Assembly: GCA_964525735.1 (NCBI GenBank)
Contig: CAZGJH010000002.1
Location: forward strand, 6,433 to 70,432
Direction: 5' to 3'
DNA: 64,000 nt
Origin: an uncultured Sangeribacter sp.
GTDB taxonomy: Bacteria > Bacteroidota > Bacteroidia > Bacteroidales > Muribaculaceae
Below are positions 30,200-40,645 of this stretch, piece after piece. How positions within the stretch are numbered: the first letter of the stretch is position 1; every line of letters starts with the position of its first letter. A program made the position numbers and the translations under genes. The notes below the pieces were generated by a model, which saw nothing but the letters and a program-made list of their open reading frames with translations, did no database searches and was not told the origin of the DNA.

Positions 30200-33100
30200 A
30201 TGAGCAAGAAATTCAAGGAATACAGCAAGCAGCTCAATCTCTCCGACATCAACAAAGAGATGTTGAAGGTATGGGATGAGCATTCCCTGTTTGAATCCTC
30301 AATGAAAGAGAGGGAGGGGTGTCCTACATTTGTTTTTTATGAGGGTCCCCCCTCGGCCAACGGTATGCCGGGCATCCACCATGTGCTGGCACGCACCATC
30401 AAGGATATCTTCTGCCGCTACAAGACGATGAAGGGCTTCCACGTGAAGAGAAAAGCCGGCTGGGATACCCACGGACTCCCTGTGGAGCTCGGAGTGGAGA
30501 AGAGCCTCGGCATCACTAAGGAGGATATCGGTAAGAAAATCTCTGTCGACGAATACAACGCCGCCTGCCGTCGCGAGGTGATGAAATATACAAATGAATG
30601 GACTGACCTTACCCATCGTATGGGCTATTGGGTAGATCTCGAACATCCCTACATCACCTACGACAACAAATATATCGAGAGCATCTGGTGGCTTCTCGGT
30701 GAGCTCTACAAGAAGGGCTACCTCTACAAAGGCTACACCATCCAGCCCTATTCGCCTGCCGCCGGCACAGGCCTGAGCTCGCACGAGCTTAACCAGCCCG
30801 GTTGCTACCGCGACGTGAAAGACACCACCGCAACGGCTCTCTTCAAGATTCTCGAACCTAAAGCTGAAATGACAGGCTGGGGCGAGCCTTATTTCATGGC
30901 GTGGACCACCACACCCTGGACACTGCCTTCGAATACTGCACTTTGCGTCGGTCCTCAGTTTGACTATGTGGCTATCCAGACGTACAATCCCTACACTGCC
31001 GAGAAGATCACTGTGGTGATGGCGGAGGTGCTCGTGGGAAGCTACTTCAAGAAGGAGGGTGCCGAGCTCGATATGAAGGCTTATAAAGCCGGCGATAAGG
31101 TGATCCCTTACCGCGTGGTAGGTAAATGGAAAGGCACAGAGCTCGTGGGTATGCACTATTCTCAGCTCATGCCCTGGGTGAAACCGGTGGAGAAGCTCGA
31201 TGAACATTCAGCCGACTACGTGAAGGCATTTGCAGAGGCTCATCCCGAGAATATCTTCTCTTGTGGCAACGACCGCTTCGTTGAGATCGCTGCAGAGGCT
31301 TTCCGCGTAATCCCCGGCGATTACGTCACAACTGAAGATGGCACGGGCATCGTGCATATCGCACCTACTTTTGGAGCCGACGATGCCAAGGTGGCGAAGG
31401 CCGCCGGTGTGCCTCCTCTCTATCTTATCAATAAGAAAGGGGAGACCCGTCCGATGGTAGATCTCACCGGTAAATACTATACAATCGACGAACTCGCTCC
31501 TGAGTTTGTAGAGAAATGTGTCAACGTAGAGCTCTATAAGGAGCATGCCGGCGATTGGGTGAAGAATGCCTACGATCCTCAGTTTACGGTAGATGGCAAA
31601 TATGACGAGAAGGCAGCCGAGAAAGCTGAAGATCTCAACATCGTGCTCTGCATGGAGATGAAGAAGGCCGGTCAGGCGTTCAAGATCGAGAAGCATGTGC
31701 ACAGCTATCCGCATTGCTGGCGCACCGACAAACCTGTGCTCTACTATCCGCTCGACAGCTGGTTTATCCGTTCTACAGCCGCACGCGACCGTATGATCGA
31801 GCTCAATGGCGGCATCAAATGGAAGCCTGCTTCAACGGGAAGCGGCCGCTTTGGCAAGTGGCTTGAGAATCTTCAGGACTGGAACCTCTCTCGCAGCCGC
31901 TATTGGGGCACTCCGCTCCCGATCTGGCGCAGTGAAGATGGCAAAGAGGAGGTGATCATCTCAAGCTACGAGCAGCTCTATAATGAGATCGAAAAGGCTG
32001 TGGCAGCCGGCGTTATGGCTGCGAATCCGCTCAATGAGAAAGGTTTCGTGCCTGGCGACTATGCGCAGGAGAACTATGACCGCATCGATATGCACCGTCC
32101 CTACGTAGATGATATCGTGCTCGTTTCAGAGAGTGGCAAGCCGATGAAGCGTGAAGCCGACTTGATCGACGTATGGTTTGATTCCGGCTCGATGCCTTAC
32201 GCACAGATCCACTATCCTTTCGAGAACAAGGAGATTCTCGATACGCGTGAAGTATATCCCGCCGATTTCATCGCCGAGGGTGTCGACCAAACTCGTGGCT
32301 GGTTCTTCACATTGCATGCAATCGCTGCAATGGTGTTCGATTCCGTAGCTTACAAAGCTGTTATCTCCAACGGCCTTGTGCTCGACAAGAATGGCAACAA
32401 GATGTCGAAACGTCTTGGCAACGCTATCGACCCGTTCAACAATATCGAGCGATTCGGAAGCGACCCCGTGCGCTGGTATATGATCTCCAACTCTTCACCC
32501 TGGGACAATCTCAAATATGATGAGAGCGGAGTGGGAGAGGTGAGCCGTAAGCTTTTCGCCACTCTCTACAATACCTATAAGTTCTTCGCTCTCTATGCCA
32601 ACGTCGACGGTTTCACCGGAGCTGAAGCACCTGTTGAGCCTTCGAAACGTCCGGAGATCGACCGCTGGATTCTCTCGCTTCTCAATAGCCTTATCAAGGA
32701 GGTGACAGAGGCTCTCGACGATTACGAGCCGACTAAGGCCGCACGTGCAATCGATGAGTTTGTCAACGACAATCTCAGCAACTGGTATGTGCGTCTTAAC
32801 AGAAAGCGTTTCTGGGCCGGCGAGATGAATGATGACAAACTCTCTGCCTTCCAGACTCTCTATACATGCCTTAAGACCGTGGCTCTGCTCATGGCTCCCT
32901 TCGCGCCGTTCTATTCCGATCGTCTCTATTCCGATCTGATCGAACCATCGCAGGAGGGTAACGGCTACGCTTCTGTGCATACGGCTCTCTTCCCCGAGGC
33001 TGATCCCTCACTTATCGATCCCGACTTGGAGGAACGTATGCGTCTTGCACAGGTGATCACATCGAATGTGCTCGCGCTGCGTCGTAAAGTCAACCTCAAG

Positions 33101-33769
33101 GTGCGTCAGCCGCTCAGCACGCTTCTTGTGCCTGTGGTTGATGACCATCAGCGTAAGGCTGTTGAGGCTCTCGACCATCTCATCAAGAGCGAGGTGAATA
33201 TCAAGGAGCTTAAAGTGGTAGATAATGAGGAGAGCGGACTCGTGAAGCGTGTGAAAGCCGATTTCAAGAAGCTCGGCCCGAAATACGGCAAGATCATGAA
33301 GGCTCTCGGCAAAGCTATCACCGAGATGAGCCAGAAGGATATCGCTCAGCTTGAGAAAGAGGGCGCCTTCAAGTTTGCCGACCTTCCTGGAGAGCCGGTT
33401 GTCACCACTGAAGACGTAGAGATCATTCCGGAGGATGTGCCGGGATGGCTCGTGGCCAACGATGGCAATGTCACCGTGGCTCTCGACGTGACCGTGACTC
33501 CCGAGTTGAAGAACGAGGGTATGGCACGCGAACTCATCAACCGCATTCAGAATATCAGAAAGCAGAACGATTTCGAGATCACCGACAGAGTGAACGTAGT
33601 ATTGTCGGGTGCGCCCGAAATCAAGGAGGTGGTAGATGCCTTTGGCCCTTACATCGCCTCGCAGGTGCTCGCTGATTCGATCGAGATGGCAGATGAGCTT
33701 GCTGGCGACGACGTGACCGATCTGGAACTTGATGATATCAAGGGCTTCGCTAAAGTCACAAAAAAATAA
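30200..33769 (+). CDS. ileS: Isoleucine--tRNA ligase (IleRS type 2)
   Basis: EGPPSANG, GWDTHGLP, WTTTPWTLP, GTGIVHIAP and KMSKR. Confidence 0.97.
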   Translation: MSKKFKEYSKQLNLSDINKEMLKVWDEHSLFESSMKEREGCPTFVFYEGPPSANGMPGIHHVLARTIKDIFCRYKTMKGFHVKRKAGWDTHGLPVELGVEKSLGITKEDIGKKISVDEYNAACRREVMKYTNEWTDLTHRMGYWVDLEHPYITYDNKYIESIWWLLGELYKKGYLYKGYTIQPYSPAAGTGLSSHELNQPGCYRDVKDTTATALFKILEPKAEMTGWGEPYFMAWTTTPWTLPSNTALCVGPQFDYVAIQTYNPYTAEKITVVMAEVLVGSYFKKEGAELDMKAYKAGDKVIPYRVVGKWKGTELVGMHYSQLMPWVKPVEKLDEHSADYVKAFAEAHPENIFSCGNDRFVEIAAEAFRVIPGDYVTTEDGTGIVHIAPTFGADDAKVAKAAGVPPLYLINKKGETRPMVDLTGKYYTIDELAPEFVEKCVNVELYKEHAGDWVKNAYDPQFTVDGKYDEKAAEKAEDLNIVLCMEMKKAGQAFKIEKHVHSYPHCWRTDKPVLYYPLDSWFIRSTAARDRMIELNGGIKWKPASTGSGRFGKWLENLQDWNLSRSRYWGTPLPIWRSEDGKEEVIISSYEQLYNEIEKAVAAGVMAANPLNEKGFVPGDYAQENYDRIDMHRPYVDDIVLVSESGKPMKREADLIDVWFDSGSMPYAQIHYPFENKEILDTREVYPADFIAEGVDQTRGWFFTLHAIAAMVFDSVAYKAVISNGLVLDKNGNKMSKRLGNAIDPFNNIERFGSDPVRWYMISNSSPWDNLKYDESGVGEVSRKLFATLYNTYKFFALYANVDGFTGAEAPVEPSKRPEIDRWILSLLNSLIKEVTEALDDYEPTKAARAIDEFVNDNLSNWYVRLNRKRFWAGEMNDDKLSAFQTLYTCLKTVALLMAPFAPFYSDRLYSDLIEPSQEGNGYASVHTALFPEADPSLIDPDLEERMRLAQVITSNVLALRRKVNLKVRQPLSTLLVPVVDDHQRKAVEALDHLIKSEVNIKELKVVDNEESGLVKRVKADFKKLGPKYGKIMKALGKAITEMSQKDIAQLEKEGAFKFADLPGEPVVTTEDVEIIPEDVPGWLVANDGNVTVALDVTVTPELKNEGMARELINRIQNIRKQNDFEITDRVNVVLSGAPEIKEVVDAFGPYIASQVLADSIEMADELAGDDVTDLELDDIKGFAKVTKK

Positions 33770-33771
33770 TA

Positions 33772-34482
33772 ATGGCTGAAAACGTTAATCATGACTATGT
33801 GCCGGAGATGACCGACGACCGTTCGGTCGTCTCTCGCCGTGTCAGGCTCGTAATCTTCCTGAGCATTTTTGTGGTGCTTTTCGACCAGATATTGAAAATC
33901 TGGGTCAAGACCCACTTCTACTTAGGAGAGGAGCAACCCATCACGAGCTGGTGGCTGCTCAAATTTATCGAGAATAATGGCATGGCATTCGGCTTGGAAC
34001 TTTGGAACAAGATTGCCCTCACGTTGGGGCGAATTTGTGCCGTAGCGCTCTTCATATGGTTTGTGGTGCTTATCAAGAAAGCCGCCGGATTGCGTCTCGG
34101 ATTTTTCGTGGCGGTAGCCTTGATAATAGCCGGGGCAGCCGGAAATATCTTCGATTGTGTATTTTACGGGAAGATCTTCAACAACCCTTACCCTCCGCAG
34201 GTAGCCGTGATGTTTCCGGAAGGAGGCGGTTATGCCGGATGGTTTGAAGGAAAGGTAGTCGATATGCTCTATTTCCCGCTCTTTTCGTTTAACTGGCCCG
34301 ATTGGGTGCCTGTGATCGGAGGGTCGAAGTATGAGTTTTTTCAGTATATTTTCAATGTGGCCGACTCTTCGATCTGCATCGGAGTGGCTTTGCTGATCTT
34401 TTTCTATTCATCCGACGCTTCGAAGGCTTTTCAATATATAGGGTCGGTGTTGGAGAAACGGAGAAACAGTAAAACGAAATGA
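33772..34482 (+). CDS. lspA: Lipoprotein signal peptidase II
   Basis: DQILK, ENNGMAFG, GAAGNIFD, VVDM and FNVAD. Confidence 0.93.
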   Translation: MAENVNHDYVPEMTDDRSVVSRRVRLVIFLSIFVVLFDQILKIWVKTHFYLGEEQPITSWWLLKFIENNGMAFGLELWNKIALTLGRICAVALFIWFVVLIKKAAGLRLGFFVAVALIIAGAAGNIFDCVFYGKIFNNPYPPQVAVMFPEGGGYAGWFEGKVVDMLYFPLFSFNWPDWVPVIGGSKYEFFQYIFNVADSSICIGVALLIFFYSSDASKAFQYIGSVLEKRRNSKTK

Positions 34483-35384
34483 GAAAGAAGATTACCTTTC
34501 GGCTTGTAGGAGTGGCTGCTTTCGGGCTGCTCATCCTTGCGTCGTGTAAACATCGGCCATCGGGGGTGATCAGTGAGAGCAAGATGGTCGATGTCATGGT
34601 AGATATGCAGCTTGCCGAGGCTTATGCTTCGAGCCAGATCACAGGTTCTGAAAGGGAACAACGTCGTTTGGAGCTTGCTGATGCAGTCTTGGCCTCGCAT
34701 GGTGTCACCCAGGAGGAAGTGGATTCCACTCTTCAATGGTATGGGCGCAATCTCGACGATTACACCAAACTCTATGAGAAGGTCGACAAGCGTCTTCTCG
34801 CGAAGAAAAAGGATTTGACGAAAGGTGATGCGCAGCTTGCAGAGGCTATTGCGGGCGACAACCTTTGGCCGTTCGGCAAGAATGGCGTAATCTCGCCGCT
34901 CGGCAATTCTGACGGCTGGGTGTTCTCATTGCCAGAACCGGAACTTCAGAAAGGCGATCGTATCGTTTGGAAGTTTCACGTAGGGGAGAGCTCGAACGCG
35001 CTCAACGGTGTGTTGGGCGTAGAGTATGAAGATGGCACTTCGGAGGCGAGCACAAGCTTCTTCTCGAATCGCAAGACGATTGAGCTGTCGCTACAGACCG
35101 ACACCGGCAAGGTGGTGAAGCGCCTTTACGGAACGATGCGTTTGAAAGAGATGACCGACAATGCGATGTTTGCCGACAGTATATCGTTGGAGAAGATGCC
35201 CTTCGATAGTCTTGAGTATTACCGCGGACGCTCACAGAAGCGTTATGGGATACCTGTAAGACGCGACTTGGAGAAGGAACGCCAGCGACATATCGCCGAC
35301 TCGCTTCGCAGAGACTCGATCAGCAAGGCACGTAGAGAGAGCTTCAACGAGCACGCAAAAACAGTGAAGAATGGCACAAAATGA
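34479..35384 (+). CDS. DUF4296 domain lipoprotein
   Basis: Lipobox LASC, P.GVISESKM.DV..D and DSTLQWY. Sits in its usual position after lspA. Confidence 0.78.
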   Translation: MRKKITFRLVGVAAFGLLILASCKHRPSGVISESKMVDVMVDMQLAEAYASSQITGSEREQRRLELADAVLASHGVTQEEVDSTLQWYGRNLDDYTKLYEKVDKRLLAKKKDLTKGDAQLAEAIAGDNLWPFGKNGVISPLGNSDGWVFSLPEPELQKGDRIVWKFHVGESSNALNGVLGVEYEDGTSEASTSFFSNRKTIELSLQTDTGKVVKRLYGTMRLKEMTDNAMFADSISLEKMPFDSLEYYRGRSQKRYGIPVRRDLEKERQRHIADSLRRDSISKARRESFNEHAKTVKNGTK

Positions 35385-35418
35385 ACTAAGATTTCTCGTA
35401 AGAAAACTGACAATAAAT

Positions 35419-35453
35419 GAAGGGAGCGGGGTTGTATCTCACTCCCTTTGTTA
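35419..35453 (+). terminator. Probable terminator of the ileS-lspA-DUF4296 operon
   Basis: aagggagcgggg ttgta tctcactccctt followed by tgtt. Confidence 0.55.
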
Positions 35454-35744
35454 TATCTCTGCACTGACAGAGCATAGCTTTGCCTCGACTACCGAGTTAA
35501 TTCGCAAAGCGCTGACTTCGGAAGTGGTTTTAAAAGATCTGAAGCTTTCAAATTTCGACAAGGAGCGGAGTAATGCCGAATATCTTTCAGAGTTGCGACT
35601 TGAAAGAGCATGTAACTGCTGGATTATCACCGCTGTAAAGCTTTAAAACGTAAGAGTGTTGAATCGGCTGACCGTTCTTTCGAAAGAAAAAATTTGTTGA
35701 GGATTTGGAAGAAATCTAAAAAATTTCTAATTTTGCAGTCCGTT

Positions 35745-37208
35745 ATGACATACGGATTCGACAATACAAAGTATCTTAAGATACAATCCGAACATATTCA
35801 GGAGCGAATCTCCAAGTTCGGAAACAAACTTTACCTCGAATTGGGAGGTAAACTGTTTGACGATCACCATGCAAGCAGAGTCTTGCCAGGCTTTCAGCCC
35901 GACAGCAAGCTCAGGATGCTTCAGAAACTTAAAGATCAGGCGGAGATCGTCATAGTGATCAGTGCCCTCGATATCGAGAAAAACAAAGTGAGAGGTGATC
36001 TCGGCATCACCTACGACATGGATGTGTTGCGTCTCCGCAACGAATTCCAGAAACTGGGTTTCCTTGTAAGCTCAGTCTGCGTCACCCACTACAACGGCCA
36101 GAAGAGCGCCGACGCTTTCAGAAAGAAACTTGAAAGAATGGGTGTCACCGTTTACTACCACTACACAATTGAAGGTTACCCATCGAATGTCGACCTGATC
36201 GCTTCTGACGACGGTTTCGGCAACAACGATTATATCGAGACGACTCGTCCGCTCGTAATCGTTACGGCTCCTGGGCCTGGTAGCGGAAAGATGGCAGTCT
36301 GCCTCAGTCAGCTTTACAACGAGAACAAGCGCGGCGTGGAGGCAGGCTATGCCAAGTTTGAGACATTCCCCGTGTGGAGTCTCCCGCTGAAACATCCCGT
36401 GAACATCGCTTACGAGGCTGCCACTGCCGATCTCAACGACGTAAACATGATCGACCCCTTCCATCTGGAGGCTTACGGAAAGACAGCCATCAACTACAAT
36501 CGCGATATCGAAATCTTCCCGGTGCTGAATGCTCTCTTCGAAGGTATCTATGGAGAGAATCCCTACAAGTCGCCCACAGATATGGGCGTCAATATGGTGG
36601 GCTTCTGTATCAACAATGACGAAGTGTGCTGCGAGGCTTCCAAGAACGAGATCATTCGTCGTTACTTCACCGCTCTCAACAACTTTGCAAAAGGTGAAGG
36701 CAACGACGCAGAGGTGAATAAGATCGCGCTGCTCATGAAGCAGGCCAAGATCGGGCTCGATTACAGAAAATGTATTCAGGCAGCCCGCGAGCGAGCAGAG
36801 AAGAGCGGAGTGCCTTGCTCAGCTATCGAACTTGCCGACGGCACAATTATCACAGCTGAGACGAGCGAACTTCTCGGTCCCAGCTCCGCACTGATTCTCA
36901 ACGCAGTGAAATATCTCGCCGGCATAGATCACGACGTCAAGCTTATTCCTCAGGAGATGATCGAGCCTATTCAGCACACAAAACTCAATTATCTTCGTGG
37001 CCACAACCCACGTCTTCACTCCGACGAAGTGCTTGTGGCGCTCTCCGTATTGAGTACGACAGATGAGAAGTGTAAGAAGGCTTTGGAGAAGCTTCCCGAG
37101 CTCGCCGGGTGCCAGATGCACTCTACCGTGATGCTTGGCGAAGTAGACCACAAGATCTTCAACAAACTGATGGTGGGGCTCACCTGCGACCCCAACAAGA
37201 AACTCTGA
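35745..37208 (+). CDS. DUF1846 family protein (P-loop-like, function unknown)
   Basis: KLYLELGGKLFDD.HASRVLPGF, APGPGSGKM and KFETFP. A TTTG-N20-TAATTTTG promoter at 35704-35735 supports the start MTYGFD. Confidence 0.88.
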   Translation: MTYGFDNTKYLKIQSEHIQERISKFGNKLYLELGGKLFDDHHASRVLPGFQPDSKLRMLQKLKDQAEIVIVISALDIEKNKVRGDLGITYDMDVLRLRNEFQKLGFLVSSVCVTHYNGQKSADAFRKKLERMGVTVYYHYTIEGYPSNVDLIASDDGFGNNDYIETTRPLVIVTAPGPGSGKMAVCLSQLYNENKRGVEAGYAKFETFPVWSLPLKHPVNIAYEAATADLNDVNMIDPFHLEAYGKTAINYNRDIEIFPVLNALFEGIYGENPYKSPTDMGVNMVGFCINNDEVCCEASKNEIIRRYFTALNNFAKGEGNDAEVNKIALLMKQAKIGLDYRKCIQAARERAEKSGVPCSAIELADGTIITAETSELLGPSSALILNAVKYLAGIDHDVKLIPQEMIEPIQHTKLNYLRGHNPRLHSDEVLVALSVLSTTDEKCKKALEKLPELAGCQMHSTVMLGEVDHKIFNKLMVGLTCDPNKKL

Positions 37209-37216
37209 CCCATATA

Positions 37217-37255
37217 AAAACGGACGATGCTCTGAAGTGAGTATCGTCCGTTTTC
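37217..37255. terminator. Bidirectional terminator between the DUF1846 gene and ilvC
   Basis: aaaacggacgatgctc tgaagt gagtatcgtccgtttt. Confidence 0.8.
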
Positions 37256-37288
37256 AATAACGAATATCGGTAATCAATAGGCGATAGA

Positions 37289-38332
37289 TCAGTTCTGCTC
37301 GGGGCGGAGGCTGCGCACTGTAGCTCCCGTTTGCCACATCTCGCTTTCACGGAGAGCCTTGAGTTCTTTTTCAAGACCTTCGCGGTAGTCGGCTTTGGAG
37401 TTGGAATCGATAGAGTTCTGGGCTTCCTGACCACAGGCTACGCTGGCGTAGAGTTTCTCCACAACGGGTTTGATTGCATCGTGGAAGGGGCCCATCCAGT
37501 CGAGCGCACCGCGTTGAGCGGTGGTAGAGCAGTTGGCATACATCCAGTCCATACCTTTTGCTGCGAAGAGGGGCATGAGAGATTGGGTGAGCTCCTCTAC
37601 TGTCTCGTTGAAAGCCTCAGAGGGAGTGTGACCGTTCTCACGGAGCACTTCATATTGAGCGAGGAAAAGACCCTGGATAGCACCCATCAACGAACCGCGT
37701 TCACCGGTAAGATCGCTGTACGCCTCACGTTTGAAGGTAGTTTCGAACACATAGCCAGAACCGATACCGATGGCAAGTGCGAGTGTGCGTTCAAGTGCCT
37801 TGCCGGTATAATCCTGTTCTACTGCATAACTGGAATTCACGCCACGGCCTTCGAGGAACATGGAGCGAAGAGATGTGCCCGATCCTTTGGGGGCCACGAG
37901 GATAACGTCTACATCTTTGGGAGGCACAACGCCTGTGCGGTCGGGCCATGCGATTGCAAAACCATGAGAGAAATAGAGCGCGTCGCCCGGTTTCAGACGT
38001 TCCTTTATCTTAGGCCATACAGAAAGCACAGCAGCGTCTGAGAGAAGACACATGATGATTGTGGCTTTCTCGCAAGCCTCTTCGATTGAGAAGAGGGTTT
38101 CGCCCGGCACCCAACCGTCGGCTACGGCCTTGTCGTAGGTTTTACCTTCACGCTGACCAACGATCACTTTGAATCCATTGTCGCGAAGGTTAAGACTCTG
38201 GCCTGGGCCCTGCACGCCATAACCGAGCACTGCGATTGTTTCATCTTTTAATACTTCACGCGCTTTCGATACAGGAAATTCGTCGCGGGTAACGACGGTT
38301 TCCTCAACTTCTCCAAATTTTAATTTTGCCAT
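37289..38332 (-). CDS. ilvC: Ketol-acid reductoisomerase
   Basis: GYGVQGPGQ, VAPKGSG, SDLTGER and CSTTAQRG. Confidence 0.96.
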   Translation of the reverse strand: MAKLKFGEVEETVVTRDEFPVSKAREVLKDETIAVLGYGVQGPGQSLNLRDNGFKVIVGQREGKTYDKAVADGWVPGETLFSIEEACEKATIIMCLLSDAAVLSVWPKIKERLKPGDALYFSHGFAIAWPDRTGVVPPKDVDVILVAPKGSGTSLRSMFLEGRGVNSSYAVEQDYTGKALERTLALAIGIGSGYVFETTFKREAYSDLTGERGSLMGAIQGLFLAQYEVLRENGHTPSEAFNETVEELTQSLMPLFAAKGMDWMYANCSTTAQRGALDWMGPFHDAIKPVVEKLYASVACGQEAQNSIDSNSKADYREGLEKELKALRESEMWQTGATVRSLRPEQN

Positions 38333-38348
38333 AATATATAAAGTGTGT

Positions 38349-38894
38349 TTATTGATTTAATGATTGACGGCGCTTCTCCTGAAGCTCAAGATATTCATCT
38401 ACGAGCTCTTCGGGAGCTTTTGTCACAGCGATGCGCCCGGAACGAACGAATTGCTTGAGTCCGAGCGGTTTCAGTTTCTCAAAGAGCTGCTTGATCTCGA
38501 CTGTGTGGCCGGTTTTCTCGAAGATGGTGTATTCGGGATGTATCTCCAGAATGCGGGCCCCGTTTACTCTCACGATATCTTCGATGTCGCTCGTAAGGAC
38601 GCTTGCCGTTGGCACTTTGAAGAGAGCAATCTCTTGAAATACGATTTCATCGTCGGTGTGAACGAATGCCTTGATCACATCGATTCGCTTCTCTATCTGC
38701 TTCACTACATGCTCCATCATATCACGTGTGCTCCGACAGGTGATAGTGAATTTGTGGATTCCCTCAAGTGAAGTGGCGCTGACCGACAGACTGTCAATAT
38801 TGAGACAGCGACGGCTGAATATCATCGAGATCTGATGAAGCAGACTTACCTGGTTTTCGGTAAAAACCGATATGGTGAATAATGTATCTTCCAT
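38349..38894 (-). CDS. ilvN: Acetolactate synthase small regulatory subunit
   Basis: ACT domain FTISVFTEN...FSRRCLNIDSL and FVRSGRIA. Start at MEDTLF. Confidence 0.92.
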   Translation of the reverse strand: MEDTLFTISVFTENQVSLLHQISMIFSRRCLNIDSLSVSATSLEGIHKFTITCRSTRDMMEHVVKQIEKRIDVIKAFVHTDDEIVFQEIALFKVPTASVLTSDIEDIVRVNGARILEIHPEYTIFEKTGHTVEIKQLFEKLKPLGLKQFVRSGRIAVTKAPEELVDEYLELQEKRRQSLNQ

Positions 38895-38904
38895 ATTTTG
38901 AATC

Positions 38905-40626
38905 TCACTCGGGTTTGTAGTAATCGGTAGAATTAAGCAAAATCTCATCTACGCCATTGCCGCCAGGCGTCATGGGGAACACGAGATCTGTCTCGTCGAT
39001 ATTGACATTGAGAATGTAGGCACCGTCATATTCCACCATTCTTTTGATTGCCTCATCGAGTTGTGAACCTTTGGCCACATCTTCGGCTTTAATGCCATAG
39101 GCAGCCGCGAGCATCACAAAATCGGGGTTGAGCATCGCAGTAGAACTATAGCGTGAATTGAAGAAGAGATGTTGCCACTGGCGCACGTTGCCAAGGAAAT
39201 TGTTGTTGAGAATCACAATCTTGACCTTCACATCATATTCCATGATCATGCCCAATTCTTCTACCGTCATCTGGATGCCGCCGTCGCCTGTGAAAAGCAC
39301 TACATTCCTATGCGGACAGGCAATCTTGGCTCCGATCGAGGCAGGCAAACCGAAACCCATTGTGCCCAAGCCTCCGGAGGAGACCACACTTCTGGGATTA
39401 CGGAAACCGAAATATCTTACGGCAAACATCTGATTCTGACCTACGTCTGTCACAAGAATTGCATCGTCGCCAAAAGCTTTGCTTACTTTGCTCACCACCT
39501 CTCCCATGAGCATCTTTCCCTCGGGGTTCGAATCATTCGTGGCATGTTTCATAACCCTTTCCTTCTCCACATGCTGATGGATATCGAAAGAATCTACCCA
39601 TTCCGTATGTTTCTTTTCGGATATAAGAGGAATCAAGGCCTCAAGAGCTTTTGAAGCATCTGAATGAATCTTGAGATGGCTCTTTACCGTTTTGTCGAAT
39701 TCACCAGGGTCGATGTCGATATGTATGATCTTGGCATTCGGTGCATATTTCTTCACATCGCCAGTGACGCGATCGTCGAAACGCATGCCTAAAGCGATTA
39801 TCACATCGGCTTTGTTGGTATTGATATTTGGCCCGAGATTGCCGTGCATACCTAACATACCCTTATTCAAGCGATGGTCGGAGGGGAGCACGGAGAGTCC
39901 GAGCATAGTGCATCCCACCGGGATATCAACTTTCTCAATAAGAGATTTCAAAAGCTTCTCGGCCTTGGAGATTGTGATTCCATGTCCGGCCAGGAGGAGA
40001 GGGCGCTCAGATTCATTGATCAGGCGGGCGGCTTCAGCCAACTGATCGGCCGGTATCTCAGGATCCGGATTATAGCTTCTTATAAATCGGCAAGGCTTGA
40101 AGATATATTCAGCCATGCCAGTCTGCGCGTCTTTCGCGAGATCGATCACCACCGGACCCGGGCGCCCTGTATTGGCAATGTAGAAGGCTCGGGCAATGGC
40201 CGGAGCGATATCCTCCGCTCTTCTTACCTGAACAGCCCATTTGGTGACGGGGAGCGTAACGCTCACAACGTCGCTCTCCTGGAAGGCATCCTTACCAAGA
40301 AGCGCAGAGGGTACCTGACCCGTAATTATTACCACCGGGGTGCTATCCATCAAAGCGTCGTTAAGACCTGTGACAAGATTCATCGCGCCAGGTCCAGAGG
40401 TGGCGAAAACTACCCCAGGAATGCCTGAAGCGCGTGCGAAGCCCTCGGCTGCATGAATGGCGCCCTGTTCGTGGCGCGCGAGATAATGGGTGATACGGTC
40501 GGTGTAATCAAACAGTTTGTCGTAGACGGGCATAATCTGGCCACCCGGATAACCGAACACCTTATTCACACCGCAATCTATGAGAGAGCGCATCAGAATT
40601 TCCGCTCCTGTTAACATTTCTTTCAT
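38905..40626 (-). CDS. ilvB: Acetolactate synthase large subunit
   Basis: FGYPGG, RHEQGA, TSGPG, RFDDRV and the TPP motif GDGG...NN. Confidence 0.96.
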   Translation of the reverse strand: MKEMLTGAEILMRSLIDCGVNKVFGYPGGQIMPVYDKLFDYTDRITHYLARHEQGAIHAAEGFARASGIPGVVFATSGPGAMNLVTGLNDALMDSTPVVIITGQVPSALLGKDAFQESDVVSVTLPVTKWAVQVRRAEDIAPAIARAFYIANTGRPGPVVIDLAKDAQTGMAEYIFKPCRFIRSYNPDPEIPADQLAEAARLINESERPLLLAGHGITISKAEKLLKSLIEKVDIPVGCTMLGLSVLPSDHRLNKGMLGMHGNLGPNINTNKADVIIALGMRFDDRVTGDVKKYAPNAKIIHIDIDPGEFDKTVKSHLKIHSDASKALEALIPLISEKKHTEWVDSFDIHQHVEKERVMKHATNDSNPEGKMLMGEVVSKVSKAFGDDAILVTDVGQNQMFAVRYFGFRNPRSVVSSGGLGTMGFGLPASIGAKIACPHRNVVLFTGDGGIQMTVEELGMIMEYDVKVKIVILNNNFLGNVRQWQHLFFNSRYSSTAMLNPDFVMLAAAYGIKAEDVAKGSQLDEAIKRMVEYDGAYILNVNIDETDLVFPMTPGGNGVDEILLNSTDYYKPE

Positions 40627-40645
40627 TCTGACAGTTACATTTTAA

